In this document: piece after piece, positions 1 through 11,334 of the stretch
Position numbering within the stretch: the first letter of the stretch is position 1
Layout: each line of letters opens with the position of its first letter
Assembly (NCBI RefSeq): GCF_028641065.1
Contig: NC_073393.1
Span: 29,512,001 to 29,576,000 of the forward strand
DNA from: Leucoraja erinacea
Lineage: Eukaryota
Reading direction: 5' to 3'
DNA length: 64,000 nucleotides
Translations under genes and position numbers: made by a program
Notes under the pieces: generated by a model
Told to the model about the DNA's origin: nothing
The model's input: the letters and a program-made list of their open reading frames with translations, nothing else
Database searches by the model: none

Positions 1-59
1 ATATAAAAGCTTAGTAAATTACTTATAAGAGCATCATAATTTATATACAAAAACACAAT

Positions 60-785
60 ACATGACTTAAAATCCAGAATAAAAAGAAAGATCAGTGTCC
101 TACAACGAGACAACTATAACAATGTCTCCACAACTGGGATTGGTAGCGTGTAGTGCTAAACCTTATGTTTGATAAGACCAAGATAATTACATGTCATAGT
201 CATTAATCCTGCAAATAAATGTATACACATGATTTCTTAGGATAGCTTCTAAAGTACTGACTCCCGCAGCCACAAACATTTCACTAGCACTGATAAGACC
301 AAGATAATTACGTGTTCAGAGTAATTAATCCTGCAAATAAATTTATACATATGATTTCTTAGGATAGCTTCTAAAGTACTGACTTCTGCAGCCACAAACA
401 TTTCACTAGCACTACACCATCTAGGTTTCCTTAGCAGTATTCTCATGGCATCAATATAAGCCACCTTTAGTCTCTGTAAACTTGTTTTTCTGTAGTTTGA
501 CCACAAGTGTGCAGTATAGAGTGGTGTACAATATGCTCTAAACAAAGACATCTTCACCACATCTGTACATGCATCAAACTTACGTAAGAGAATATTCGCC
601 AATACATGCAGCATACGGCATTGCCTATAAATATCCGCATCATCTGTCATTTGTTCTGTAATAAAATGTCCAAGATATTTTACCTTATTACAGACACAAA
701 GATTATTGTCAATTTAAAATCAGGAAATTTTAAACATTTATCCTCTTTGATTCTGCAGATCATAACAGTACTCTGTTATGATCTG
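60..785 (-). mobile_element. RTE-X-like LINE 3' fragment
   Basis: The translation LFRAYCTPLYTAHLWSNY...LKVAY.DAMRILL..PRWCSASEMF resembles the C-terminal region of RTE-X ORF2; degenerate. Confidence 0.65.
172..411. repeat. ~120-bp tandem duplication (2 copies) within the LINE
   Basis: ataagaccaagataattac...acatttcactagcac occurs at ~172-290 and ~293-411 with a few substitutions. Confidence 0.9.
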
Positions 786-1246
786 CAGTCGCCTTCCAGA
801 GGGAAGTGATTCAAAGGGTTTGTGGACAGGGTGAGAGGGGTCAGAGATGATCTTACCCGCTCGCTTCCTGACCCTTGCAGTGTACAATTCGTCAATGGAG
901 GGAAGGTTGCAGCCAATAACCTTCTCAGCTGATCAGGCGATTCGCTGCAGCCTCCGGATGTCGTGCTTGGTGGCTGAGCCAAACCAGACCATGATGGAGA
1001 AGGTGAGGACAGACTCTACGATAGCCGTATAGAATTGGACCATCATTGCCTGTGGCAGATTGTGCTTCCTCAGCTGCCGCAGGAAGTACATCCTCTGTTC
1101 CTCCAATTTGACTTGGAGTCAATGGTGGCCCCCAATTTAAGGTCCTTGGAGATGATGGTTCCCAGGAACTTAAAAGACTCCACAGATGTGGTGTTGTTGA
1201 TGGTGAGTGGGGTGAGGGGAGGGGGAGCTCTCCAAAAGTCTACAAT
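786..1246 (-). mobile_element. Rex1/Babar-like LINE fragment (continues briefly at 2108-2125)
   Basis: The minus strand gives IVDF.RAPPPLTPLTIN...VESFKFLGTIISKDL and QRMYFLRQLRKHNLPQAMMVQFYTAIVESVLTFSIMVWFGS, typical of the Rex1 RT C-terminal region. Confidence 0.75.
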
Positions 1247-2107
1247 TAGGTATGTTACAAAACCTACCTGAATCGTCATTGGGAATCTGCCCACAGCCAT
1301 GTCCGCGATTTTGGCGCAGTTTGGAGGGGGCGGGTTTAAAACGCGATTTTTACTAGGCTGTTCTAATCGCAGATGTTCAGCCTAGTAAATCATTAACGAA
1401 AAATCGCTGCAAGACCCGGTCGCAAAAGGTATTATTAGTTTTATAGGCCTCGATAATATAGTTATAATAGTTTTAAAATTACTCTCTCATTCCGCAACCT
1501 CTCGCAGCCCCAGGGTTTTATAAAGCAAACAATTAAAGGTATGTACCTTATTTTTACATTAAATGGGGCATATATATAACCCTGTATATCAAGTTATCTA
1601 TAGCGAGTAGTTCATTTTGGGCTTTTTATATCCCGCAGTATTTTTCTCGGCATTTGAGGGCACTAATCCAGCGCGATGTGAACGTTCTAAACCAGCGCGT
1701 TCACATGAACCCACTAGAAAGCCGATTTAAATGGGCATTTATTTACAGCAATTGAACACTAAATTCCTTCCATTTGGCCTATAAATTAATGTAAATTAGA
1801 TATAAAAATCATGTTATATTGTGAATTATTTGTGAATAATCTTTGGACACTTAGGCTATTTAAAAATGTTAATCTTTCCTTAAGAAATGGGCTTTTGACT
1901 ATCCAAGATCACAGCTTTTTGTAATGTCCATTGAAAATCAATAGGGAACAAGATGCTAATTTCCGAGTATGAAAATGGCCATAACTTTTTTAATACTTGA
2001 GATATGAAAATGAATTTGGTGTCAAATTAAACTTATTGTTATGCTTTATCTGATGGGATAAATTGCAGACTTGATTTTTAAAATCTCAAAATTTTGTAAC
2101 ATTGCTA
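1247..2107. mobile_element. Non-autonomous TIR DNA transposon, 861 bp, 7-bp TSD
   Basis: Ends TAGGTATGTTACAAAA / TTTTGTAACATTGCTA (14/16 inverted match). CTACAAT is duplicated at 1240-1246 and 2108-2114. The element splits the host Rex1 codons ELIVDF. Confidence 0.85.
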
Positions 2108-2329
2108 CTACAATCAATTCCACAATTCCTCAAATCAATATTATTTAATCATTCCTAAGTGGTTTAGCTTTCCTTAAATGATAAAGTCTCTTTAATTCTC
2201 TATCTCGCACCAACCCTGCCTTCTTGGCCTTTTGCACTGTTCCAGTGAAGTTCATCATATGCTCGAGGAACAGCCTCCAGCTTGGTACAATACAGGCACC
2301 CAGTCTTAATGCTGAATTCAACAACTTCA

Positions 2330-2608
2330 GAGGGGAAAAGAGTTAATAGGAATCTGAGGGGTAACTTTTTCACACAAAGGGTGGTGGGTGTATGGAACAA
2401 GCTGCCAGAGGAGGTAGTTGAGGCTGGGACTATCCCAACGTTTAAGAAACAGTTAGACAGGTACATGGATAGGACAAGTTTGGAGGGATATGGACCAAAC
2501 GTAGGCGGGTGGGACTAGTGTAGCTGGGACATGTTGGCTGGTGTGGGCAAGTTGGGTGGTAGGGCCTGTTTCCACACTGTACAGTCTATGACTATGAATC
2601 TATGACTA
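2330..2608 (+). mobile_element. CR1 LINE 3' end
   Basis: RGNFFTQRVVGVWNKLPEEVVEAGTIPTFKKQLDRYMD with a short-repeat tail; same subfamily as 59270-59545. Confidence 0.9.
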
Positions 2609-3291
2609 TCTCCTTAAATGGATTGGTTTTGTTTCCCATATTTAGCATACATTGCATCCTTCCGACGGTGATGATTTTAGATAATGGGCTTAAAAGCACT
2701 CGCGTTTCACCAGTGATTTGGCAGAGAGCTCCCAATAACATACCATCACAGATAGGCATATTCTGTACTTGCAGTTTCTGCAATAGCATATCAGACTTCT
2801 TGCTCCACTTGGATTCACTAACCTAATAGAGGATAGATTCCTGATCATATCAAACTGACAACAAGGCTGGCATGGATAAAGTTGGATCATTCACACATAA
2901 ACCACCCATGGTTGTTGTATCTGACTCAGCTGCATTCATTTGAACGGGCTCACTTCTCTTTTTTGAAAAGGTTCAACAAAACTCCATTGTTTGCCATTTT
3001 ATTTTAATTGATATGAATACTTCCAATGAATTTGCTCCAGATAATATTTATTTTTTAATTATTTTAGTTATTTTTGAGTATTATTTTAAAGTTATTTTCA
3101 ACTACTTTAATTATTTTTAATTTTCTCTAATGGCAGGGAATGATTAGAAACAGTAATAACTTGCCTTTGACAGCTAGTTCCCATTCCTTTCCACATCAGT
3201 TGCTCAGGATCCTAATTCATCTGACATTCAAAAGCATCAATTATTAGAGCAGATTTAGCCCATCAAGTCTACTCCGCCATTCAATCATGGC

Positions 3292-3475
3292 TGAAGATAG
3301 ATACAAAAAGCTGGAATAACTCAGCAGGACAGGCAGCATCTCTAGAGAGAAGGAATGGATGAGGTTTCGAGTCGAGAACCTTCTTCTCTCCAGAGATGCT
3401 GCCTGACCCGCTGAGTTACTCCAGCCTTTTGTGTCTATCTTCGGTCTAAACCAGCATCTGCAGTTCATTCTTACA
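3292..3475 (+). mobile_element. Fold-back Penelope-derived short element inserted in a CR1 tail
   Basis: Inverted arms gaagatagatacaaaaagctgg... / ...ccagccttttgtgtctatcttc, flanked by CATTCAAT(C/A)ATGGC at 3278-3291 and 3476-3489. Confidence 0.75.
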
Positions 3476-3653
3476 CATTCAATAATGGCCAATCTGTCTT
3501 TCCCTCTCAACCCCATTCTCTTGCCTTCTCCCCAAAACCCCTGATGCCCTTACTAATTAAGTCTGTCAATCCCCACCTTAAAAATACCCAACCTGCAATG
3601 CCTTGTAAAAGACATTCTACAAGTTCAATGTCCTTCGATCCCAATGTCACACA

Positions 3654-3748
3654 CATGTACACATGGGGCGGGTATGCATGTACACATAGGGTGGGTATGC
3701 ATGTACACATAGGGCGGGTATGCATGTACACATAGGGCGGGTATGCAT
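3654..3748. repeat. 23-bp minisatellite, ~4 copies
   Basis: Unit catgtacacatagggcgggtatg repeated in tandem. Confidence 0.95.
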
Positions 3749-3896
3749 CACTGGCCTAGATTGTGCATTAATAAAAGTGGGACACTCATTTCCATTTTGC
3801 AAAAATATTTGTCCATCCAAAGCAAAATTTTGTTAAACCTAAGTCATCACATCCATTTTTGCTGCCTCATGGTGAAAATAGAGAGAGTGTAGTAGT

Positions 3897-4200
3897 GGGC
3901 GACAAGGTGGCACAGCGGTAGAGTTGCTGCCTTACAGTGCCAGAGACCCAGGTTCAATCCTGACTACGGGTGCCATCTGTAAGGAGATTGTGCGTTATCC
4001 CTGTGATTGCTTTTTTCCAGATGCTCCGGTTTCCTCCCACACTCCAAAGATGTGCAGGTATGTAGATGTACTGGATTCAGTAAAAATTGTAAATAGTCCC
4101 TAGTGTGCAGGATAGTGTTAGTGTGTGGGAATCGCTGGTCAGTGCGGATTTGGTGGGTCGAAGGGCCAGGTTCCGCGCTGTATCTCTAAATTAAACTAAA
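3897..4200 (+). mobile_element. tRNA-derived V-SINE (HE1-like)
   Basis: A/B boxes (tggcacagcgg, ggttcaatcc), V-domain ctccggtttcctcccacactccaaaga and CR1-like tail ending in (ctaaa)n. Confidence 0.85.
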
Positions 4201-5306
4201 CTTCTGCAAACTTTCTTCACACTATCTCCACCGGTACCCCTCACGCCACTTTCCTCAACACCCGACAGACATTCACTCCCCCATTTACCCTCGTAGGAGG
4301 TGATATGGATACCTGACCCTTTCGCCATATAGTGAGGGCCACACTCACAGGCACAGCTGTGCTGAACTCTTTTCCAGTGCGGTGGTTTAACAGGAATTTC
4401 CACAGGCTTTGCGGTATTCAGAAACAGATGATTCCTAAATTGAGCAAATGTCACCAAATACTACACAGCAGAGGCCATTTCTCAGACATATGAGAAACAG
4501 ACACTTTTTCATGTTTGTGTGGATAGAGTTGATGAGTCACACAAGATCAGCATTCCGAAGACTGAAGAATGTAATTAATTTGTACCACAGAAATAAGATA
4601 GATGATTTCAAGGCTTTACATCAAGCTGTTGTTCATCAAGTTAAATGAGGAAATGATTGAACTGGTTGATCCTGAAGTGCATGTGATGTAAAAGTTCAGC
4701 GCTGAGTGATACCGCTAAATTAAAAAACAATGGCAAGATAATTTTGAAAAGGAACATTAAAGAGTGATTTTCCTTACCTACTCATACCATGCCTAATGAA
4801 GTTAATTCGTATAAAGATAATAGTTGAAAACACATTTAACTAGTTGAAAAAAAGATGGAAACAATTAACCATAGAAATGTAATATGGTATGATTTGCATG
4901 CAATGTCTAATTGCTACCTGCTGCATTGTGTCTAATGTGAGGATATTAAGCTCCAGATTCTCACTCCACAATAATGAGCTGCAATTCCTTTTATACCCAT
5001 GCATAAATGCTGTTGTAAAGAGGTGATGCCTGTGGTGGGAAATTGGGAAAGTTGTTGGTATTGGGAAATGTGATGCCATTTTAGGCACATTAGTTATTTG
5101 AGCAAATGTTACAAAACATGGTATTTTTTTGACAAGTATTTCAAAGTCAATTCGAAGACACAGAGCAACAATGAAGTGGATTAGGCTGTGCTGTCCACAG
5201 TATACTAAGTCATGAGTGGAGTCCACCTGAGGATGTCAAACCCCACTTACACTTTGTAACTGTAGGTAAGGACCACTCAAAGTGGATGTCAATTGGATAT
5301 TTTCTA

Positions 5307-5600
5307 TTTTAGATTTTAGGCTTACGACTTCAGAGATACAGAGCGGAACAGGCCATTCAGCCCATCGAGTCCGCGCCGACCAACGATCACTCCATACATG
5401 AACCTACACACACTAGGAACAATCTTTTTACAACTTAACAAAGCAAATTATCCTACAAACCTGTACATCTTTGTAGTGTGGGAGGAAACCAGAGCACCTG
5501 GAGAAAACCAACACGGAGAACGTACAAACTCCGTAAAGTCAGCACCCATAGTCAAGATCGAACGCAGGTCCCTGGCGTTGTAAGGCAGCAACTCTACCAT
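5307..5600 (-). mobile_element. V-SINE (HE1-like)
   Basis: Reverse complement of the same SINE family. Confidence 0.8.
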
Positions 5601-6244
5601 CAAACAAACAATAATAGTGCAATAAGACAAACACACACATAGATTAATGTCGGTGTGTGTGTGTATGTAATATATATATATATATATATATTAACTTCTT
5701 TTTGTTTATTATATTGTTTACTGAGTATTATGTTTACACATTCTGTTGTGCTGCTGCAAAAATTTCATTGTTCTTTTTGGGACATATAACACTGTTGACT
5801 TGACAGTAGACTCTTGTCTCAGCAGCTTGTTTGAGATACTAGTTTGCATGAAACGGATTGCCATGTTGTTAGGAGTCTGAGCAGCTCAACACATGTACGT
5901 CTGCATTGCCACTTGGCTAACCTTGTCTTAAATTCCTCAAGGCAATGTTTAAGGCGCAATAGAAATAAATTAGGAACAAACAAAAAAAAGATTTTATCTA
6001 TCTGCTTAAGTTACCAAACAATCTTCACAGATTTTCCAAGAATGGCATGCACACCACTACCATTTTAACCCGCTGTAATAAACAATTTACTGGTGAAATT
6101 ATCCTAACATGTCGTCAGCATAGTTACCCCAATAGCAACAGCTGATTAAAATTAAGTAACATGTATCAATAACCATTTGAAAATAAGACTTTGATTTATC
6201 TAGAAGCTTTAATATTTGATTCAGAAAATCCCAACAGCTAAACT

Positions 6245-6475
6245 ATCGTATAGAACATAGAACAGTATAGCATGGGAGCAGGTCCTTCTGCCCACAATGT
6301 CTATGCTCAACATGAAGCTCAGATAAGCTCATGTTATCTGCCTGCACGTGATCCACATATCTCCATACCGTATAGAGCCATCTGCTTATCGTAAAGCCTC
6401 TTAAATGCCACTGTCTTATCTGCCTCCACCAGCACCTCTGGAAGTGTCTTCCAGGCACCCACCATCCTCTGTGTA
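6245..6475 (-). mobile_element. CR1 LINE 3' fragment
   Basis: CR1 3' motifs and catagaa tail on the minus strand. Confidence 0.7.
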
Positions 6476-6808
6476 TCCTTTAAATCACTGTTGCAGTGAA
6501 GGTAACATGGTTGTCAATTTCAACACAACTAATTCCCACATGTAACAATAAGGTAAAGAACAGAATCTTAGAAATATTGTTTTGTTAAATATTGTCCAAA
6601 TCAAAAATAAAAGCTTGATTTCTCTCTATATAATGCTATCTTCAGAGCTTTTGCATCAACTTGTGAGGGTTCAATGTCACACAAAAGACAGCACCTCTGA
6701 CAGTGTAAAATTCTCACTGTTGAATATTTTGACTCAGCCAAGAGTTTTGTCAACTAAGCCATATCTAATGCCCTTTCATGGGACTACCATATATATAGGG
6801 TCATATAG

Positions 6809-7600
6809 CATAGAAACATAGAAACATAGAAATAGAAATTAGGTGCAGGAATAGGCCATTCGGCCCTTCGAGCCTGCACCGCCATTCAATATGATCATGG
6901 CTGATCATCCAACTCAGTATCCCGTACCTGCCTTCTCTCCATACCCCCTAATCCCCTTAGCCACAAGGGCCACATCTAACTCCCTCTTAAATATAGCCAA
7001 TGAACTGGCCTCAACTACCCTCTGTGGCATAGAGTTCCAGAGATTCACCACTCTCTGTGTGAAAAAAGTTCTTCTCATCTCGGTTTTAAAGGATTTCCCC
7101 CTTATCCTTAAGCTATGACCCCTTGTCCTGGACTTCCCTAACATCGGGAACAATCTTCCTGCATCTAGCCTGTCCAACCCCTTAAGAATTTTGTAAGTTT
7201 CTATAAGATCCCCTCTCAATCTCCTAAATTCTAGAGAGAAACGGGCCCTTTGATCCAACTCATCCATGCCCCATCTAAAATCATCCCATTTACCCACATT
7301 TGGTTCATTTCCCTCTAAACCTTTTCTATCCATTTGCCCGAGTGCCTTTTAAATGTTGTTATTGTACCTGCCTCGACTACCTGCTCTTGCAGCTTGTCCC
7401 ATATTCCCACCACACTCAGAGTTACAAAGTTGCCTATTAAATCTTTCCACCCTCACCTTGATCCCATATCCTCTGGCTCTTGATTCCCTTACTCTGGGTA
7501 AGAGTCTCTTCACAGTCACATTATCAATTTCCTTCATGATTTCATACACTTCTACAAGATCACCCCCTTCACCTCTTGCACTCCAAGGAATAAATTCTTA
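6809..7600 (-). mobile_element. Nested CR1 LINE 3' fragments (younger copy 6809-7233 inside an older one)
   Basis: LEFRRLRGDLIETYKILKGLDRLDAGRLFP...FFTQRVVNLWNS with a (catagaaa)n tail; a second degenerate CR1 continues to ~7600. Confidence 0.88.
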
Positions 7601-7619
7601 GTTTGATCAAAACAGAAGT

Positions 7620-8300
7620 TTTGTTAGGATCAATTCATGTTATTAACAAATAATCCCATTTGTAAAGGTTGCTATTAAAAAGCATTTTCTACCTTTAAAA
7701 TTAATGGGCTGGAATTATATTTTTGAGTTCCAGTAAGTTTCAGCTTTCATCGTAGAACTTGTTTTTCAGTGTTAAAATTAAACTTGGGATCACTACAATA
7801 TATTCCAAGATATCTCAACTCCTTCAGCTAGCTGTGTGTTATATTTGGCTGCTAACTACAACAACTGATGTGCACATGCATTCTTTACCCATGGCAGACT
7901 TTCAAATGCCACAGAAAGTAACCGGATAAAAACTTTTTTTTGTTTAGGATCAATTTAATAGGGATTATTAATTGCAAACCATCCCATTTGTAAAGCCAAT
8001 ATGTTGATTCCAAAATCATTGTTCATGTTCTACCTTTAAATGTTAATGGGCTGGAATTATATTTTTGAGTTCCAGACGTTTCAGCTTTCATCGTACAGGC
8101 CTTGTTTTTCAGTGTCCAAAATTAAACTTGGATCACTATCCTACATATATTCCAATTTATCTCAGAAGACAATTCAGCTAGCTCTGTGTCTTTGTAATGT
8201 TGGCTGCTAACTACAACAACCAAGAGGTGCACACACATTCTTTACCCAAATGTACAAACTTTCAAATGACACACCCGAAAGTAACCCGGATAAAACTAAT
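7620..8300. repeat. Imperfect ~320-350-bp tandem duplication
   Basis: taggatcaatt...taatgggctggaattatattt...gaaagtaacc(c)ggataaaa occurs at ~7620-7935 and ~7941-8300. Confidence 0.85.
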
Positions 8301-8457
8301 GTCAAGTTGTTTATCCCAAACTGCATGAGATTTAACATTGGCATTATCTAATTGCTAAACACAAAGAAAGAAGAAATGCAAGCCAATATGTTGACTTCCA
8401 AAATCATTGTTCATTTAATAACTAGTTTCATGTTAATTTTTACTGCTTCAGTATACT

Positions 8458-8768
8458 GTAGACTTTAGACGAGAGATACTGCATGGAAACAGGCCCTTCG
8501 GCCCACTGAGTCCACGCCGACCAGTGATCACCCCATACATTAACACCATCCTACAGACTAAGGACAATTTACAATTTTTCAGAAGACAACTAACCTACAA
8601 ACCTCTATGTCTTTGTAATGTTGGAGGAAACCAGATACCCAGAGGAAACCCACACAGTCACAGGGAAAATGTACAAACTCTGTATAGACAGCACCCGTAG
8701 TCAGGATCGAACCCGGATCTTTGGATCTGTAAGGCAGCAACTCTACTGCTGTACCACTGTGCCTCCCA
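8458..8768 (-). mobile_element. V-SINE (HE1-like)
   Basis: Full-length reverse copy of the SINE family. Confidence 0.85.
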
Positions 8769-8934
8769 AACTGCAATATTAGATGGAACATTGTGCATAA
8801 ATTTGACTAGTGGGGGAATATGCTTCACATGAAGAAATAGTGCACACATTTGATTAAATAACTCAGTATTTTTTTTAATAACCGAACCATATGGGTAACA
8901 TACTGCAAATCAGTCTTTTCAACTCTGCACAAAT

Positions 8935-9075
8935 AAGGAATTGCAGATGGTTTACAAAGAAGGACACAAAGTGCTGGAGTAACTCAGCGGGTTAGACACC
9001 TTCCCTAGAAAACACGGATAGGTGATGTTTCCGGTTAGGTCTGTAGAAGCGTCCCGACCTGAAACGTCACCTTTT
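8935..9075. mobile_element. Penelope-derived terminal-repeat fragment
   Basis: gctggagtaactcagcggg...ggtctgtagaagcgtcccgacctgaaacgtcacc, with a degenerate hammerhead motif. Confidence 0.65.
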
Positions 9076-9404
9076 CAAATTTGTAATTTGATTATCTGCT
9101 TTCATCATTATCAGAATTTTTATTCATTTTATTTATTATTGCGATATGGCATTATAGGCTCCAGCAACATATACTTCCATCCCAAGTTAATATTTAAGGT
9201 AGTTAACAGCATGGAGTTATAGACAGAGCAAACCAGTAGGGGAAGCCAATTTCATTTACTTTACAGTAAATTAAATGCCACCTCTAGAATTTTAATTCAA
9301 GAATTATTTCAATTGATGAAATTAAATTTCCTAGCTGCTATCTTGGAAATAAAACTTGCATTTCTGGATCATTCATTCACAATTTTAGAACTTGTATATT
9401 CGCT

Positions 9405-9655
9405 AGGACATGACTTCAGGATTAAGGGACAGAATTTAGGGGTAATTGAGGGGGAACTTTTTACTCTGGTAGCGTGAGCTTCAGAAGTGGTGGAGGCAGG
9501 TTCATTGGTATCATTTAAAAATAAATTGGATAGGCATATGGATGAGAAGGGAATGGAATGGTATGAAGTGAGGCATGGAAAGGGTTGTTCGGCACGGACT
9601 TGTAGGGCAGATGGCTTTCTCCTAATTGTTATATGGTTTATATGGTTAATGGTTT
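9405..9655 (+). mobile_element. CR1 3' end (deletion-riddled copy of the 52555-52845 subfamily)
   Basis: Collinear with the 3' end of the CR1 at 51137-52842, but with many short deletions. Confidence 0.8.
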
Positions 9656-9659
9656 AAAT

Positions 9660-10012
9660 GCCAAATACTAGAAGGCGTATCTTTAAGGTGAGAAGGGGAA
9701 AGTTTAAAGAAGATTGGCGGTATATGTTATTTTTACACAGAGAGTGGTGGGAGTCTGGAACATGTTGCCAGGTTTGGAAGTGGAAGATGTGATAGTGACG
9801 TGTAAGAGGCTTCGGCCCACAGTCCATGCTGACCTGCGATCACCAGTTCACACTAGTACTATGTTATCCACTCACAAAGGGCAATTTACAGAAGCATATT
9901 AATTTACAAACCTGCCCGATTTGGAATAGGGGTGGAACCTGGAGCACCCGGATAAAATCCATGCGGTCACATGGGTGAAGGCAGCAAATCTCTCGCTGCA
10001 TCACTGTGCCGC
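9660..10012. mobile_element. CR1 fragment (+) followed by partial V-SINE (-)
   Basis: FTQRVVGVWNMLP, then reverse SINE sequence from ~9810. Confidence 0.65.
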
Positions 10013-10812
10013 TCTTTATGTCTTCATGTTACTATAAGAAGAGTAAACATATTTAATGAATAATCACATGTCCTAATCACAGAAGAATTTGCTAGATTCA
10101 GTAAATTTATCCCTCCCATATTAAACCAAATTTGCACATAAGCTGATACTTTGCATTAGGGGGGGACCTGGCGCGGGTGTAACTTTGTAACTTTGTAAGC
10201 GCCCTTTATGGGCGACTATTTGCATATCTTGAGTGTGCAAGCAAAGAATTTCAATGTGACCTGTCACATGTGATAATAAAGTATTCAATTCAATGCTTAG
10301 AAACTCTCATTTATCAGGTTATTCAGTTTTCTAGAGCTGAAAGTGTTGCTTTCTACAAGAAGCTTTACTTTGCAATGGGTGGGGGGAAGCGAGGGGTGGT
10401 GAACTTTGTGAATGAGCCTTCAGAAGAATGTTTGACAGCTTGTTTTAACATTAAACCATCCTGGCAGGGTATGCAAGGGGAAAGAAAGGAACAGCTCTAA
10501 CCACAGAAGAATGTTCTTGTACATCTTGTTATATTTTGTTTCAACAATTTGTCAGTCAATCTGACAACAAATGCTTGGATAGGGACCAAAACCACTGAAA
10601 TCAAGTCAAAATATTCCGTATGAATATTATGTATGGTAGGCAGATCTATTGAATTAGTAACTATCTAAATTCACAAATAGTTTGGCATCTTTTATAAGGT
10701 CATTTTTGAAGATCAATCTTTACTAAGTGACTTGGATAATACGCAATGTTTCCAGTTATTGCGATCATATAACATCAGTTTCCAAATGGCACTAAACGAA
10801 AATGTAGTAAGC

Positions 10813-10890
10813 AGGGCCGGCCTTAAGCCGATTGAACCAATTGCTCCCAATTGGGCCCCGTGCCTAAGTGGGCCCCGTGGCAGAGGAATC
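10813..10890 (+). mobile_element. Probable hAT (Tip100-like) MITE end fragment
   Basis: CAGGGCCGGCCTTAAG terminus followed by GGGCCCC subterminal repeats; no partner TIR seen. Confidence 0.5.
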
Positions 10891-11334
10891 TACTCTCAGC
10901 TCAGGTAGTAAGCAGTGAAGAAGATAGTAACTAAGCATAGATAAAATGCTGGGATTCAAGCAGAAGCCTCCACGTGGCACACCCCGGGCAATGCTGACGA
11001 CAGAAACTGTACCAGAGTGACTGACTGAAGTAGCCAATTCTGCAACCAGCGACCGTCAACCATCAATGACCAACCGGAAAGACATGATATAGAAGATGGC
11101 CGGACATGAGGAAGAAGATAGATAAAATGCTGAATGTAGATGGATTTGTCGGATAATTTTTTCCTGTGCTTTTTTTGTTTGCTTTTTTTATTACAGGGAT
11201 TTGACACATTTGCCCAGAAACAGTGAGATGTGTCTCATTGTTTACACTTACCACTGAGCTGCGTAGACATCACACTTGGCTTGTCCCCAGAACGCAAAGG
11301 TTCCTGAAAGGTGAACCAAGATGCTTTCCTTCCA

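Noticed and set aside
2592-2990. Possible coding exon on the minus strand
   Set aside because: Stops interrupt all frames over the block; no recognisable homology or clear splice pair.
3654-3748. CRISPR-like array
   Set aside because: Contiguous tandem units without spacers in a vertebrate genome.
3897-3970. tRNA genes at SINE heads
   Set aside because: A/B boxes run on into SINE bodies; no complete cloverleaf.
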